A DNA stretch of 46,426 bases from an uncultured Dehalococcoidaceae bacterium (GTDB lineage: Bacteria; Chloroflexota; Dehalococcoidia; Dehalococcoidales; RBG-16-60-22), in contig CAZRBS010000003.1 of NCBI GenBank assembly GCA_964598405.1, positions 1 through 46,426 on the forward strand, given 5' to 3'. This document shows, piece by piece, positions 16,063 to 23,818 of this stretch (positions are counted from its first letter, which is position 1; the number at the start of each line of letters is the position of its first letter). The position numbers and the translations under genes are program-made. The notes beneath the pieces are model-generated. The model had not been told where the DNA came from and did no database searches. It was given only the letters and a program-made list of their open reading frames with translations.

Positions 16063-16626
16063 ATGGAGCGGGATGGAGGTATCGAAGAGGTGCGCTGGCA
16101 TGGCAGGGGCGGTCAGGGGGCGGTGCTGGGAGCCAGTATCCTGGGGAGTGCCGCCGCCCTTTATGAAGGTAAATATGCCATGTCTTTTCCCAGTTTCGGC
16201 GCCGAACGGCGCGGCGCTCCGGTGCAGGCTTTTACCCGTGTTTCCAGCCACGTCATCCGGACCCGCAGCCAGATTTACCATCCGACGAAAATAGTCGTTC
16301 TGGACGATACGCTGCTGGATGTGGTCAACATAACCGATGGCGCCGGGGTGGGGGCGACTGTCCTCATCAATACGGGCAGGGCCGCTTCCGGACTGTCCCT
16401 TCCGAACCACCTCCGGATTATCACCATAGATGCCACGGCGATTGCGAAAGAGGTTATTGGCGTGGCCATTGTCAATACCACCATGCTGGGGGCTCTGGCT
16501 GGAGCTACTGGCCTGGTTAGCCTAGAGTCCGTCAAGCGGGCGATTGCGGATGCGCTCCCGGAGAAGATAGCCGGACTCAACGTTGCCGCCGCTGAAATTG
16601 CCTGCGAAAAGGTGAAGGGGAAATGA
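16063..16626 (+). CDS. porG: Pyruvate/2-oxoacid:ferredoxin oxidoreductase, gamma subunit
   Basis: Motifs: RWHGRGGQGAV, SFPSFGAERRGAPV. The ATG at 16063 follows AAGGAAAGAGGAAG. The ORF-track start at 15814 overlaps the XRE gene and adds non-homologous sequence. Confidence 0.85.
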   Translation: MERDGGIEEVRWHGRGGQGAVLGASILGSAAALYEGKYAMSFPSFGAERRGAPVQAFTRVSSHVIRTRSQIYHPTKIVVLDDTLLDVVNITDGAGVGATVLINTGRAASGLSLPNHLRIITIDATAIAKEVIGVAIVNTTMLGALAGATGLVSLESVKRAIADALPEKIAGLNVAAAEIACEKVKGK

Positions 16627-16895
16627 AAGAGCCAATCCCCGGGCCGGTATCGAAGTCCGGCACCATACCCACCAAAATGGGAAGCTGGAGCACCATAAAG
16701 CCGGTACTGAAAGGCAGGTGTAACTTCTGCCTCTTCTGCTGGATTTTCTGTCCGGACGCGGCTATCATTCAGGACGGGGAAAACCGGAAGGCCCTCTTCA
16801 ATCACGAGGAGTGTAAAGGCTGCGGTATCTGCGCCAGGGAGTGTCCGACCGGGGCGATAGAAATGGTTGATTTCAGGCCGGGCGGTGAGCAATAA
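16623..16895 (+). CDS. porD: Pyruvate/2-oxoacid:ferredoxin oxidoreductase, delta subunit (2x[4Fe-4S] ferredoxin)
   Basis: 90 aa with two CxxCxxCxxxCP motifs (CNFCLFCWIFCP, CKGCGICARECP). 4-nt overlap with porG. Confidence 0.9.
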   Translation: MKEPIPGPVSKSGTIPTKMGSWSTIKPVLKGRCNFCLFCWIFCPDAAIIQDGENRKALFNHEECKGCGICARECPTGAIEMVDFRPGGEQ

Positions 16896-18073
16896 TGGCT
16901 ACTAAAATGCCGGTGAGGAAATATATAACTGCCAATGAGGCGGTAGCTCATGCGGCGCGCCTGGCTCGCGTTGAGGTGGTGGCTGCCTACCCGGTAACGC
17001 CCCAGACCACCATTGTGGAAAAACTCGCCGGCTTTATTGCCGGGCGGGAAATGGACGCCGATTTCATCAAGGTGGAATCGGAACACTCTGCTTTGACTGC
17101 CTGTATGGGGGCTTGTATGGCTGGAGTCCGTGCCTTTACCTCCACGTCATCCCAGGGGCTGGAATACATGCATGAGATGCTGGCTTATGTCAGCGGCGGG
17201 CGCTACCCGCTGGTCCTGGTGAATGTTTGCCGTTCCGTTGCCCTGCCCTGGAGCATCTGGGGAGACCAGCAGGACGCCATCCAGCAGCGGGATACGGGCT
17301 GGATTCAAATCTTTACCGAGACCGCCCAGGAAGCGATGGACATGGTTTTCCAGGCTTACCGCATTGCGGAGGACCACCGGATACTTCTCCCGGTCATGAT
17401 ATGCCTGGACGGCTACATACAGTCGCATACCGAAGAACTGGTGGAAATTCCGGGACAGGAGCAGGTGGCTTCATTCCTGCCTGCTTGCGACCCGGTGGTG
17501 ACTCTGGACGTGGACAATCCGTATTCAATATCCTTCGGCGGGTTCGGCAGGTATTATACCGCCTGGCGTAAGGAGCAGCAGGAGGCGGCGGACAGGGCCA
17601 GGGAGGTTATCATTGAGGTGGATGACGAGTTTGCCCGCGTCTTCGGCCGCAACCACGGCGGACTGATAGAGCCGTACCGCTGCGAAGGAGCCGAAGCCGT
17701 TATTCTGACACTGGGCGCTTTGAGCGGGACTGCCCGGGAAGCGGTTGACGAGATGCGCGCTGAAGGGAAAGCCGTGGGCTTGATTAAGGTAAGATCTTTT
17801 CGCCCTTTTCCGGACCGCCGGTTGAGGGAGGCGCTGTCCGGGGTCAAAGCCGCTGCGGTGCTGGACAGGGACTGCTCCTGGGGATATGAGGGGGCCCTGG
17901 CGACGGACCTGAAGGCTGCCCTCTACGGTCTAACCGACTCCCCGGTTGTCCTGAGCTTTATTGGCGGGCTGGGCGGTTCTGATGTGCCGCCCGGGCAGAT
18001 GAAATATATGCTGGAAAAGGCTCTTGGCACCCGGAAAGGAATTACTCCCGGTATGGAGTTTCTCGGGTTATGA
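16895..18073 (+). CDS. porA: Pyruvate/2-oxoacid:ferredoxin oxidoreductase, alpha subunit
   Basis: 392 aa. N-terminal ANEAVAHAARLARVEVVAAYPVTPQT and the overall length are typical of PorA/VorA. Confidence 0.9.
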   Translation: MATKMPVRKYITANEAVAHAARLARVEVVAAYPVTPQTTIVEKLAGFIAGREMDADFIKVESEHSALTACMGACMAGVRAFTSTSSQGLEYMHEMLAYVSGGRYPLVLVNVCRSVALPWSIWGDQQDAIQQRDTGWIQIFTETAQEAMDMVFQAYRIAEDHRILLPVMICLDGYIQSHTEELVEIPGQEQVASFLPACDPVVTLDVDNPYSISFGGFGRYYTAWRKEQQEAADRAREVIIEVDDEFARVFGRNHGGLIEPYRCEGAEAVILTLGALSGTAREAVDEMRAEGKAVGLIKVRSFRPFPDRRLREALSGVKAAAVLDRDCSWGYEGALATDLKAALYGLTDSPVVLSFIGGLGGSDVPPGQMKYMLEKALGTRKGITPGMEFLGL

Positions 18074-18923
18074 AGCTGAAGGAAGTTTCCAGAGAGGAGC
18101 TGTACCGCTGTTCTTACGGCTGCGCCGGCTGCGCTGCGGTTCTGGCGGTAAGACTTACCCTGAAAGTGCTGGGCAAGAAGACCGTTCTGGTGCTGCCGGC
18201 GAGCTGTGTCAGCACCGTGTCCGGTTACTATCCCCAGGCATCGCTTTTCGTGCCGATGACAATCATGGCTTTCGCCGCCACCGGAGCAGCCCTTTCCGGC
18301 ATCAGCGCTGGCTTCAGGAGGAGGGGGAGGGGAGACATTAACGTGGTCGGCTTCGCCGGGGACGGGGGGACGGCGGACATCGGCATTCAGTCACTTTCCG
18401 GAGCCATTGATTGCGGCAACAAGTTTATCTATATCTGCTATGACAATGAAGCCTATATGAATACCGGCGTGCAGAGAAGCGGGCTGACGCCTTACGGGGC
18501 GACAACCGCCACCACCCCCGGCCCCTGCTTTGAGACCAACCCGAAAAAGGACATGATGCGCATTGTGGCAGCCCATAACATTCCCTATGCGGCTACCGCC
18601 TGCGTATCCTATCCTCTGGACTTCATGCGGAAAGTAGCCCGGGCGAGCCGGATAAACGGGCCTACCTATATCCACGTTCTGGCGCCGTGCCCCACGGGAT
18701 GGGGTTTCGCTCCGGAGCGCACCATCGAGATAGGTCGTATGGCTGTCGAGAGCGGACTGTGGAACTGGTCGAGTTCGAGCACGGCGAATTTCGTCCTACC
18801 CATAGACCGAAGCGCCAGCCGCCGGTTGCGGAATACCTGAAAGCTCAGGCCCGGTTCCAGCACCTCGGACCGGAACAAATAAAAGCCATTCAGGCTGAGA
18901 TAGACAGCACCTCAATCTGCTGA
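18070..18923 (+). CDS. porB: Pyruvate/2-oxoacid:ferredoxin oxidoreductase, beta subunit (TPP-binding); interrupted by an apparent 1-nt frameshift near 18762
   Basis: The frame starting at 18070 carries the TPP motif GFAGDGGTADIG and runs to ..RMAVESGLW, then turns into non-homologous sequence up to the stop at 18840. The -1 frame from 18762 reads ELVEFEHGEFRPT..KRQPPVAEYLKAQARFQHLGPEQIKAIQAEID, which looks like a PorB C-terminus, and stops at 18923. Confidence 0.8.
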
Positions 18924-18935
18924 TTGAAGGAGGAA

Positions 18936-19976
18936 ATGAGCCGCATGAGAGCACTGATGAAGACAGAAGCCGCTCCCGGGGCCAGAATCATGGACATCGA
19001 TGTGCCCGAACCCGGCCCGGCGGATGTACTGATAAAGGTAAAGGCAGCCGCGATATGCGGCACCGACATTCATATCCACGACTGGACTCCTTTCGCCCGG
19101 GCCAGAGTTAAACCGCCGATGATTTTCGGTCACGAGGGTTGCGGGGAGGTGGTAAGGGTGGGGAGCCAGGTAACGGGCATTGCTGCGGGTGACCTGGTGG
19201 CGGTGGAAACTCACATACCCTGCGGGGAGTGCTATCAGTGCCGGACCGGGCTTCAGCATATCTGCGAGAAGATGGCAATCATCGGCGTTCATACCGACGG
19301 CGTCTTTGCCGAATGTGCCCGAATTCCCGCTGTCTGCTGCTGGAAACTGCCTAAAGATACCGGTCCTGACCTGGGCGCCATTCTGGAACCGTGGGGAGTG
19401 GCGGTAAACGGCGCTCTTAAAGGGGAAATTAACAACAGGAGCGTGGCTGTCTTCGGCTGCGGGCCCATCGGGCTTTTCTGCCTCGGCTCCGTGGCGGTCT
19501 GGGGTGCCACTAGGCTCTTCGCCATAGAGGTCAAGCCCGCCCGCCTGGAAATGGCACGCCGGCTCGTTCCCGAAGCCGTGTTGCTGAATCCTGCCGAAGA
19601 TGATGTTGCCGGGACTATTCTTGAAGCCACCGGGGGGCGGGGGGTGGATGTCTCCATAGAGCTGAGCGGAAATGGCCGGGCGGCCCAAATGGCCTTTCAG
19701 GTGGTGCGGAAGGGGGGCAGGGTGAGCCTGGTGGGCCTGCAGGCGGGTCCGGTAGAGCTGACCCTTAATGAAGATATTATCTACAAAGAAGCCAGGGTAT
19801 TCGGCAGCACGGGACGGCTGATGTGGCAGACCTGGTGGGATATGCAGGCCCTGATGGAATCGGGCAAGTTTGACCCCCTGCCGGTAATCACCCATCGCCT
19901 GCCTTTATCTGAATTTGAAAAAGGACTGAAACTGGCGAAGGGCGGAGAAGCGGGCAAGGTGCTGCTTTATCCCTGA
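18936..19976 (+). CDS. tdh: L-threonine 3-dehydrogenase (zinc MDR family, archaeal-type)
   Basis: Motifs: ICGTDIHIHDW, GHEGCGEVV, structural-zinc CGECYQCRTGLQHIC, GCGPIGL. Alignable by eye along its whole length with Pyrococcus-type Tdh as I remember it. The ATG at 18936 follows AAGGAGG. Confidence 0.8.
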   Translation: MSRMRALMKTEAAPGARIMDIDVPEPGPADVLIKVKAAAICGTDIHIHDWTPFARARVKPPMIFGHEGCGEVVRVGSQVTGIAAGDLVAVETHIPCGECYQCRTGLQHICEKMAIIGVHTDGVFAECARIPAVCCWKLPKDTGPDLGAILEPWGVAVNGALKGEINNRSVAVFGCGPIGLFCLGSVAVWGATRLFAIEVKPARLEMARRLVPEAVLLNPAEDDVAGTILEATGGRGVDVSIELSGNGRAAQMAFQVVRKGGRVSLVGLQAGPVELTLNEDIIYKEARVFGSTGRLMWQTWWDMQALMESGKFDPLPVITHRLPLSEFEKGLKLAKGGEAGKVLLYP

Positions 19977-19991
19977 CGGGAGGAGGAGAGA

Positions 19992-21227
19992 TTGCCAGTA
20001 AAGGCGCTGGGCATTGTGGCTGATGACCTGACGGGGGCGATGGACAGCAGCGGTTACTTTGCCGGTCAGGGCTTGAGCACCGTGGTCTTTTTGGGACCGG
20101 ACTTTTCCTCAGCGGCTGATATCGCCGTTATAAACACCGATAGTCGTGCCGAAATTCCCGATGTTGCCCGGGAAAGGGTAAGGGGGGCGGTCAGGGGGCT
20201 GGCGGGGAGAATGGTCTACAAGAAGATAGATTCCACGCTGAGGGGGAATATCGGCATCGAGCTGGAGGCAGCCGGCGAAGAGCTGCACAGCGAGAAAATT
20301 ATCGTGGCGCCGGCTTTCCCGGTAGCGGGCAGGACCACCGTGGGAAGTGTCCTGCTGGTGAACGGGACCAGTGTGGCGGAGACCCGGTTTGCCAGCGACC
20401 CGGTCTCTCCGGTAAAAGAAGCGCATATTCCCCGCCTGCTGGAAAAATCAGCCGGGCGAGGGGTGGGTTCGGTTTCGATTGCGGACATAAAAGCCGGACC
20501 GGAATTCCTTTACCGTAAAATCAGCGAAATGCCGCAAAAAATCGTCGTTTGCGATGCTACGGAGCAGTCTCATCTAAAAGGCATTGCCCGGGCAGGAGTT
20601 CTGGCTGAAGGACGCTGGTTGCTCAGCGGCTCCGGCGGTCTGGCTAGAGAATTGTCCCTTTTTCTGCCCGGAGTGTCCGGCGGCGGTGGAGCGAAACCAG
20701 CCGACCGGGCTCCCGGACCGGCGCTGGTGGTGGTCGGCACCCGTCATCAGGCGACCGCAAAACAATTGCAGAAAGCAAAAGATGAGCTTGGACTTCCCGT
20801 TATGGACCTGGAAATTGAGTCTCTGAAGGAAGAGGTTTCCGCTGCCGCTATGCGCATCGTTGCCGAAGCTGTCAAACTGCTTGTCCCGGGAAGGGGGCTG
20901 GCCATCTCTTCCGCCTTTTCCCGCTATGTCCCGGCTGTAAAGCAGTCGGTACCGGTCATTCTGGCGGAGACGGTGAAGGGCATTCTTGCCTCTCAGCGTT
21001 TTGCCGGGCTTTTTCTTTCTGGAGGGGATATTGCCATGGAGGTCTGCCGCCGACTTTCGGTAGCTGCCATCTCGGTTCAGGGCGAGGTCGAGCCGGGCGT
21101 GCCCGCCGGAGAGTTCGCTGGAGGTGGGTATCCGGGGATGAGGGTGGTCACCAAGGCGGGCGGTTTCGGCACTGAGTCGGCGCTGGTCAGGTCAATATCA
21201 TATCTGGAGAGGGGTTATTTGCCATGA
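19992..21227 (+). CDS. Four-carbon acid-sugar kinase family protein (DUF1537; threonate/tetronate/erythronate kinase-like)
   Basis: 411 aa. N-terminal IVADDLTGAMDS is the DUF1537 signature. TTG start after GGGAGGAGGAG. 4-nt overlap with the downstream pdxA-family gene. Confidence 0.85.
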   Translation: MPVKALGIVADDLTGAMDSSGYFAGQGLSTVVFLGPDFSSAADIAVINTDSRAEIPDVARERVRGAVRGLAGRMVYKKIDSTLRGNIGIELEAAGEELHSEKIIVAPAFPVAGRTTVGSVLLVNGTSVAETRFASDPVSPVKEAHIPRLLEKSAGRGVGSVSIADIKAGPEFLYRKISEMPQKIVVCDATEQSHLKGIARAGVLAEGRWLLSGSGGLARELSLFLPGVSGGGGAKPADRAPGPALVVVGTRHQATAKQLQKAKDELGLPVMDLEIESLKEEVSAAAMRIVAEAVKLLVPGRGLAISSAFSRYVPAVKQSVPVILAETVKGILASQRFAGLFLSGGDIAMEVCRRLSVAAISVQGEVEPGVPAGEFAGGGYPGMRVVTKAGGFGTESALVRSISYLERGYLP

Positions 21228-22237
21228 GCGCAGAATATAAGCCGCTGCTTGCCATCACCATGGGGGATGCCGCCGGCTCAGGGCCGGAAATTATCGCCAG
21301 AGCCCTGGCTGACCCGGAAATCCGCCGGATATGCCGTCCGGTGGTAATCGGGGATGCCGCCACCATGCGGGCGGCGGTGGAGATTACCGGCGTCCCGGGT
21401 GAGGTGAGGCCGGTCGGGAGATTGCCGGAGGCGTCATTCCGGGAAGGGCTTATCGAGGTTGTTGACCTGCATAATATTGAACTCGACCGTCTGGTTCGGG
21501 GCCGGGTTGACCCCGCGGCGGGGAAGGCCGCCTTTGAGTATATCAAAACGGCGACCGAGCTTGCCCTGGCGGGAGAGTGCGATGCCATTGTGACCTCGGC
21601 AATCAACAAGGAGGCGCTGAACAAAGCCGGCTACCACTACGACGGACATACCCAGCTTCTGGCGGAGCTCTGTGGTGTTTCCGATGTGGCGATGATGCTG
21701 GTTTCCGGAAAGCTGCGGGTCAGCCACGTAACAACCCATGTGGCGCTGCTCCGGGCGATTGAGCTGGTGCGTCCGGAGAGGATACTGACCGTGCTCAGGC
21801 TTACCGATGAAGCGGTGCGGCAGATGGGAGTGGCCGAACCACGCATTGCGGTAGCCGGGCTCAATCCTCACGCCGGCGAGGACGGCTTGTTTGGGGATGA
21901 GGAATTGAAGTACATCGCGCCGGCGGTTGAGAAGGCACGCGGCGAGGGCATGAAGGTGGCAGGGCCGCTACCGCCCGACTCCGTTTTCCTGCGCACATCG
22001 GAAGGACAGTTTGATGCTGCCGTCGCCATGTACCATGACCAGGGGCACATCGCCCTCAAGATGATGGGGATTACTCAGGGGGTTAACGTCACTCTGGGAT
22101 TGCCCATCATCAGGACTTCGGTAGACCACGGGACCAACTTTGGCAAGGCGGGGAAAGGCACCGCCGACCCGACAAGTCTGGTTCAGGCAATCAAGCTTGC
22201 CAGCGTCATGTGCCAGCACCGGAAACGCCCCTCATGA
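21224..22237 (+). CDS. pdxA: PdxA-family 4-hydroxythreonine-4-phosphate / 4-phospho-threonate dehydrogenase
   Basis: Motifs: ITMGDAAGSGPEI, HVTTHV, NPHAGE, YHDQGHIALK, RTSVDHGT. Confidence 0.9.
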   Translation: MSAEYKPLLAITMGDAAGSGPEIIARALADPEIRRICRPVVIGDAATMRAAVEITGVPGEVRPVGRLPEASFREGLIEVVDLHNIELDRLVRGRVDPAAGKAAFEYIKTATELALAGECDAIVTSAINKEALNKAGYHYDGHTQLLAELCGVSDVAMMLVSGKLRVSHVTTHVALLRAIELVRPERILTVLRLTDEAVRQMGVAEPRIAVAGLNPHAGEDGLFGDEELKYIAPAVEKARGEGMKVAGPLPPDSVFLRTSEGQFDAAVAMYHDQGHIALKMMGITQGVNVTLGLPIIRTSVDHGTNFGKAGKGTADPTSLVQAIKLASVMCQHRKRPS

Positions 22238-22319
22238 CTGGCAAGCCTGATGATTGAAAGTCGCTTGTCAGCTTTGCTGGCCTGTCGCCGAAGGGGCGCG
22301 CTGAAGCAGAAATAACGAC

Positions 22320-22349
22320 TTGACGGATGGGGGTGGATGGGTTTAATAT
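22320..22349 (+). promoter_or_regulatory. Candidate promoter for the RidA gene
   Basis: TTGACG (22320-22325), an 18-nt spacer, then TAATAT (22344-22349), 22 nt upstream of the ATG at 22371. Confidence 0.3.
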
Positions 22350-22370
22350 CTACTGGCTGAGGAGGGTCAA

Positions 22371-22748
22371 ATGGACAAAAAGTATATCAGTATTCCCGGA
22401 GCGCCCAAGATGCCGCTATCTCCGGCGGTAAAAGCGGGCAATTTTATCTTCGTGTCGGGCCAGAACGGAAGCAGAGATGCGGAGGGAAACGAAGTCAGGG
22501 GGATAGAGGCCCAGACCAGGACCTGTCTGGAGAACGTGAAGCGAGTCCTGGCCGCTGCCGGCGCCTCTATGGATGATGCGGTTAAAGTGACGGTTTTCAT
22601 CAGGGATGCCGGAGACTTTGCCAGAATGAACGAGGTATATCAGGGCTTCTTCCCGAAGGACAAGCCGGCTCGCTCCACCGTGGTAACCGGTCTGGTGCTG
22701 CCCGAGATGCTCGTTGAGATAGAGTGCATCGCCTGCTGTAATTCCTAG
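22371..22748 (+). CDS. ridA: RidA/YjgF/TdcF family reactive-intermediate (enamine/imine) deaminase
   Basis: 125 aa. Motifs: AVKAGNFIFVSGQ, NVKRVLAAAGASMDDAVKVTVF, PARSTVVTGL. Confidence 0.9.
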   Translation: MDKKYISIPGAPKMPLSPAVKAGNFIFVSGQNGSRDAEGNEVRGIEAQTRTCLENVKRVLAAAGASMDDAVKVTVFIRDAGDFARMNEVYQGFFPKDKPARSTVVTGLVLPEMLVEIECIACCNS

Positions 22749-22863
22749 ACCTTGGGCAATCAGGTGCGGAGGGCAACTGCGACACTCTATCAGTTGACCT
22801 TCCCCACCGCAGATTCATTCATACGGGAGTGTCTTCCCGGAGGTACCCGGGAGGTGTTAAGCT

Positions 22864-23682
22864 ATGCGCACCCTTCCTTTGCAGTCCGGCATTATCTATG
22901 GCCCTATCAGGTCGCGGAGACTGGGCTGGTCTCTGGGATTGAATGTCTCGCCCACGGGCTATAAGCTCTGCTCTTTTAACTGTGTCTACTGCCATTACGG
23001 CTGGACCGATGTCCAGACTGTGGACATGACCGGTAGAATTGGCGACCTTCCCACTCCGGATGATTTCGAGAGGGCACTAGCCGCCGCTCTCCGCGAGCAT
23101 CAGGACAAGGAAATCAACAATATTACTTTCTCCGGCAACGGTGAAGCAACGCTGCATCCGCGCTTTGGCGAGCTGGTGGACAGGGCAAAAAGGTTGAAGG
23201 AGAAGTATTTTCCGCAGGCAAAGCTCGGCGTTCTGTCAAACTCCTCGGCGGTGAATACGGAGGGAGTGAGGGAAGCCCTGGCGAAGCTGGACTTCAGGAT
23301 AGTGAAGCTGGACGCCGGTGACGTGAGCACCTTCCACAGGATTAATCGGCCATGCAAACAGGTGAGCTACGCCACCATGCTGGACGGATTAAAATCTCTG
23401 GATAATATCATTCTGCAAACGGTTTTTGTGGACGGGAAGATAAGCAATACCGGGGAGCCGGAGCTAAACGAGTGGGTGGAAAGAGTCGGCGAAATCCAGC
23501 CGTCGAGAGCCCAGATATACTCCCTGCACCGTCCGCCGGCGGAGTCTTCCCTGCGGGAGGTGCCGGAGGAGAGGTTGCGGGCAATCGGGGAACAGACCGG
23601 GGATAAAACCGGGGTTGGAGTTGAGGTGATTGTAGCGGCATCCCCTTATAGCAGGCGCTATCATGACCCGTACCGGAAGTGA
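22864..23682 (+). CDS. Radical SAM protein (unassigned subfamily)
   Basis: 272 aa. YGPIRSRRLGWSLGLNVSP leader followed by CxxxCxxC (CSFNCVYC), plus the SAM-binding-like motif FSGNGEATLHP. RBS GGGAGGTG. Confidence 0.8.
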   Translation: MRTLPLQSGIIYGPIRSRRLGWSLGLNVSPTGYKLCSFNCVYCHYGWTDVQTVDMTGRIGDLPTPDDFERALAAALREHQDKEINNITFSGNGEATLHPRFGELVDRAKRLKEKYFPQAKLGVLSNSSAVNTEGVREALAKLDFRIVKLDAGDVSTFHRINRPCKQVSYATMLDGLKSLDNIILQTVFVDGKISNTGEPELNEWVERVGEIQPSRAQIYSLHRPPAESSLREVPEERLRAIGEQTGDKTGVGVEVIVAASPYSRRYHDPYRK

Positions 23683-23756
23683 AGGAAGCCGTTTGCCGTC
23701 TCTATCGCCAGCCCGGTTCTGCCATTGCCCGTCACCCGTCTTTCCAGGCTCGATAT

Positions 23757-23785
23757 TTGACCTTCAGGGATTCCAATAGTAAACT
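23757..23785 (+). promoter_or_regulatory. Candidate promoter for the repeat-containing membrane protein gene
   Basis: TTGACC (23757-23762), a 17-nt spacer, then TAAACT (23780-23785), 34 nt upstream of the ATG at 23819. Confidence 0.3.
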
Positions 23786-23818
23786 ATCTCATAATTCGCG
23801 ACGAATTGAGGCAGTCTT

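Noticed and set aside
15691-16410. 239-aa minus-strand ORF spanning the XRE/porG junction (16275-16892 and 23789-24457 are similar cases)
   Set aside because: These overlap well-supported + strand genes and a predicted promoter region, and have no family resemblance.
18912-19895. 327-aa minus-strand ORF
   Set aside because: Entirely antisense to the strongly supported tdh gene. P/G/H/R-rich low-complexity translation with no RBS and no motifs. This is a typical shadow ORF of a GC-rich coding region.
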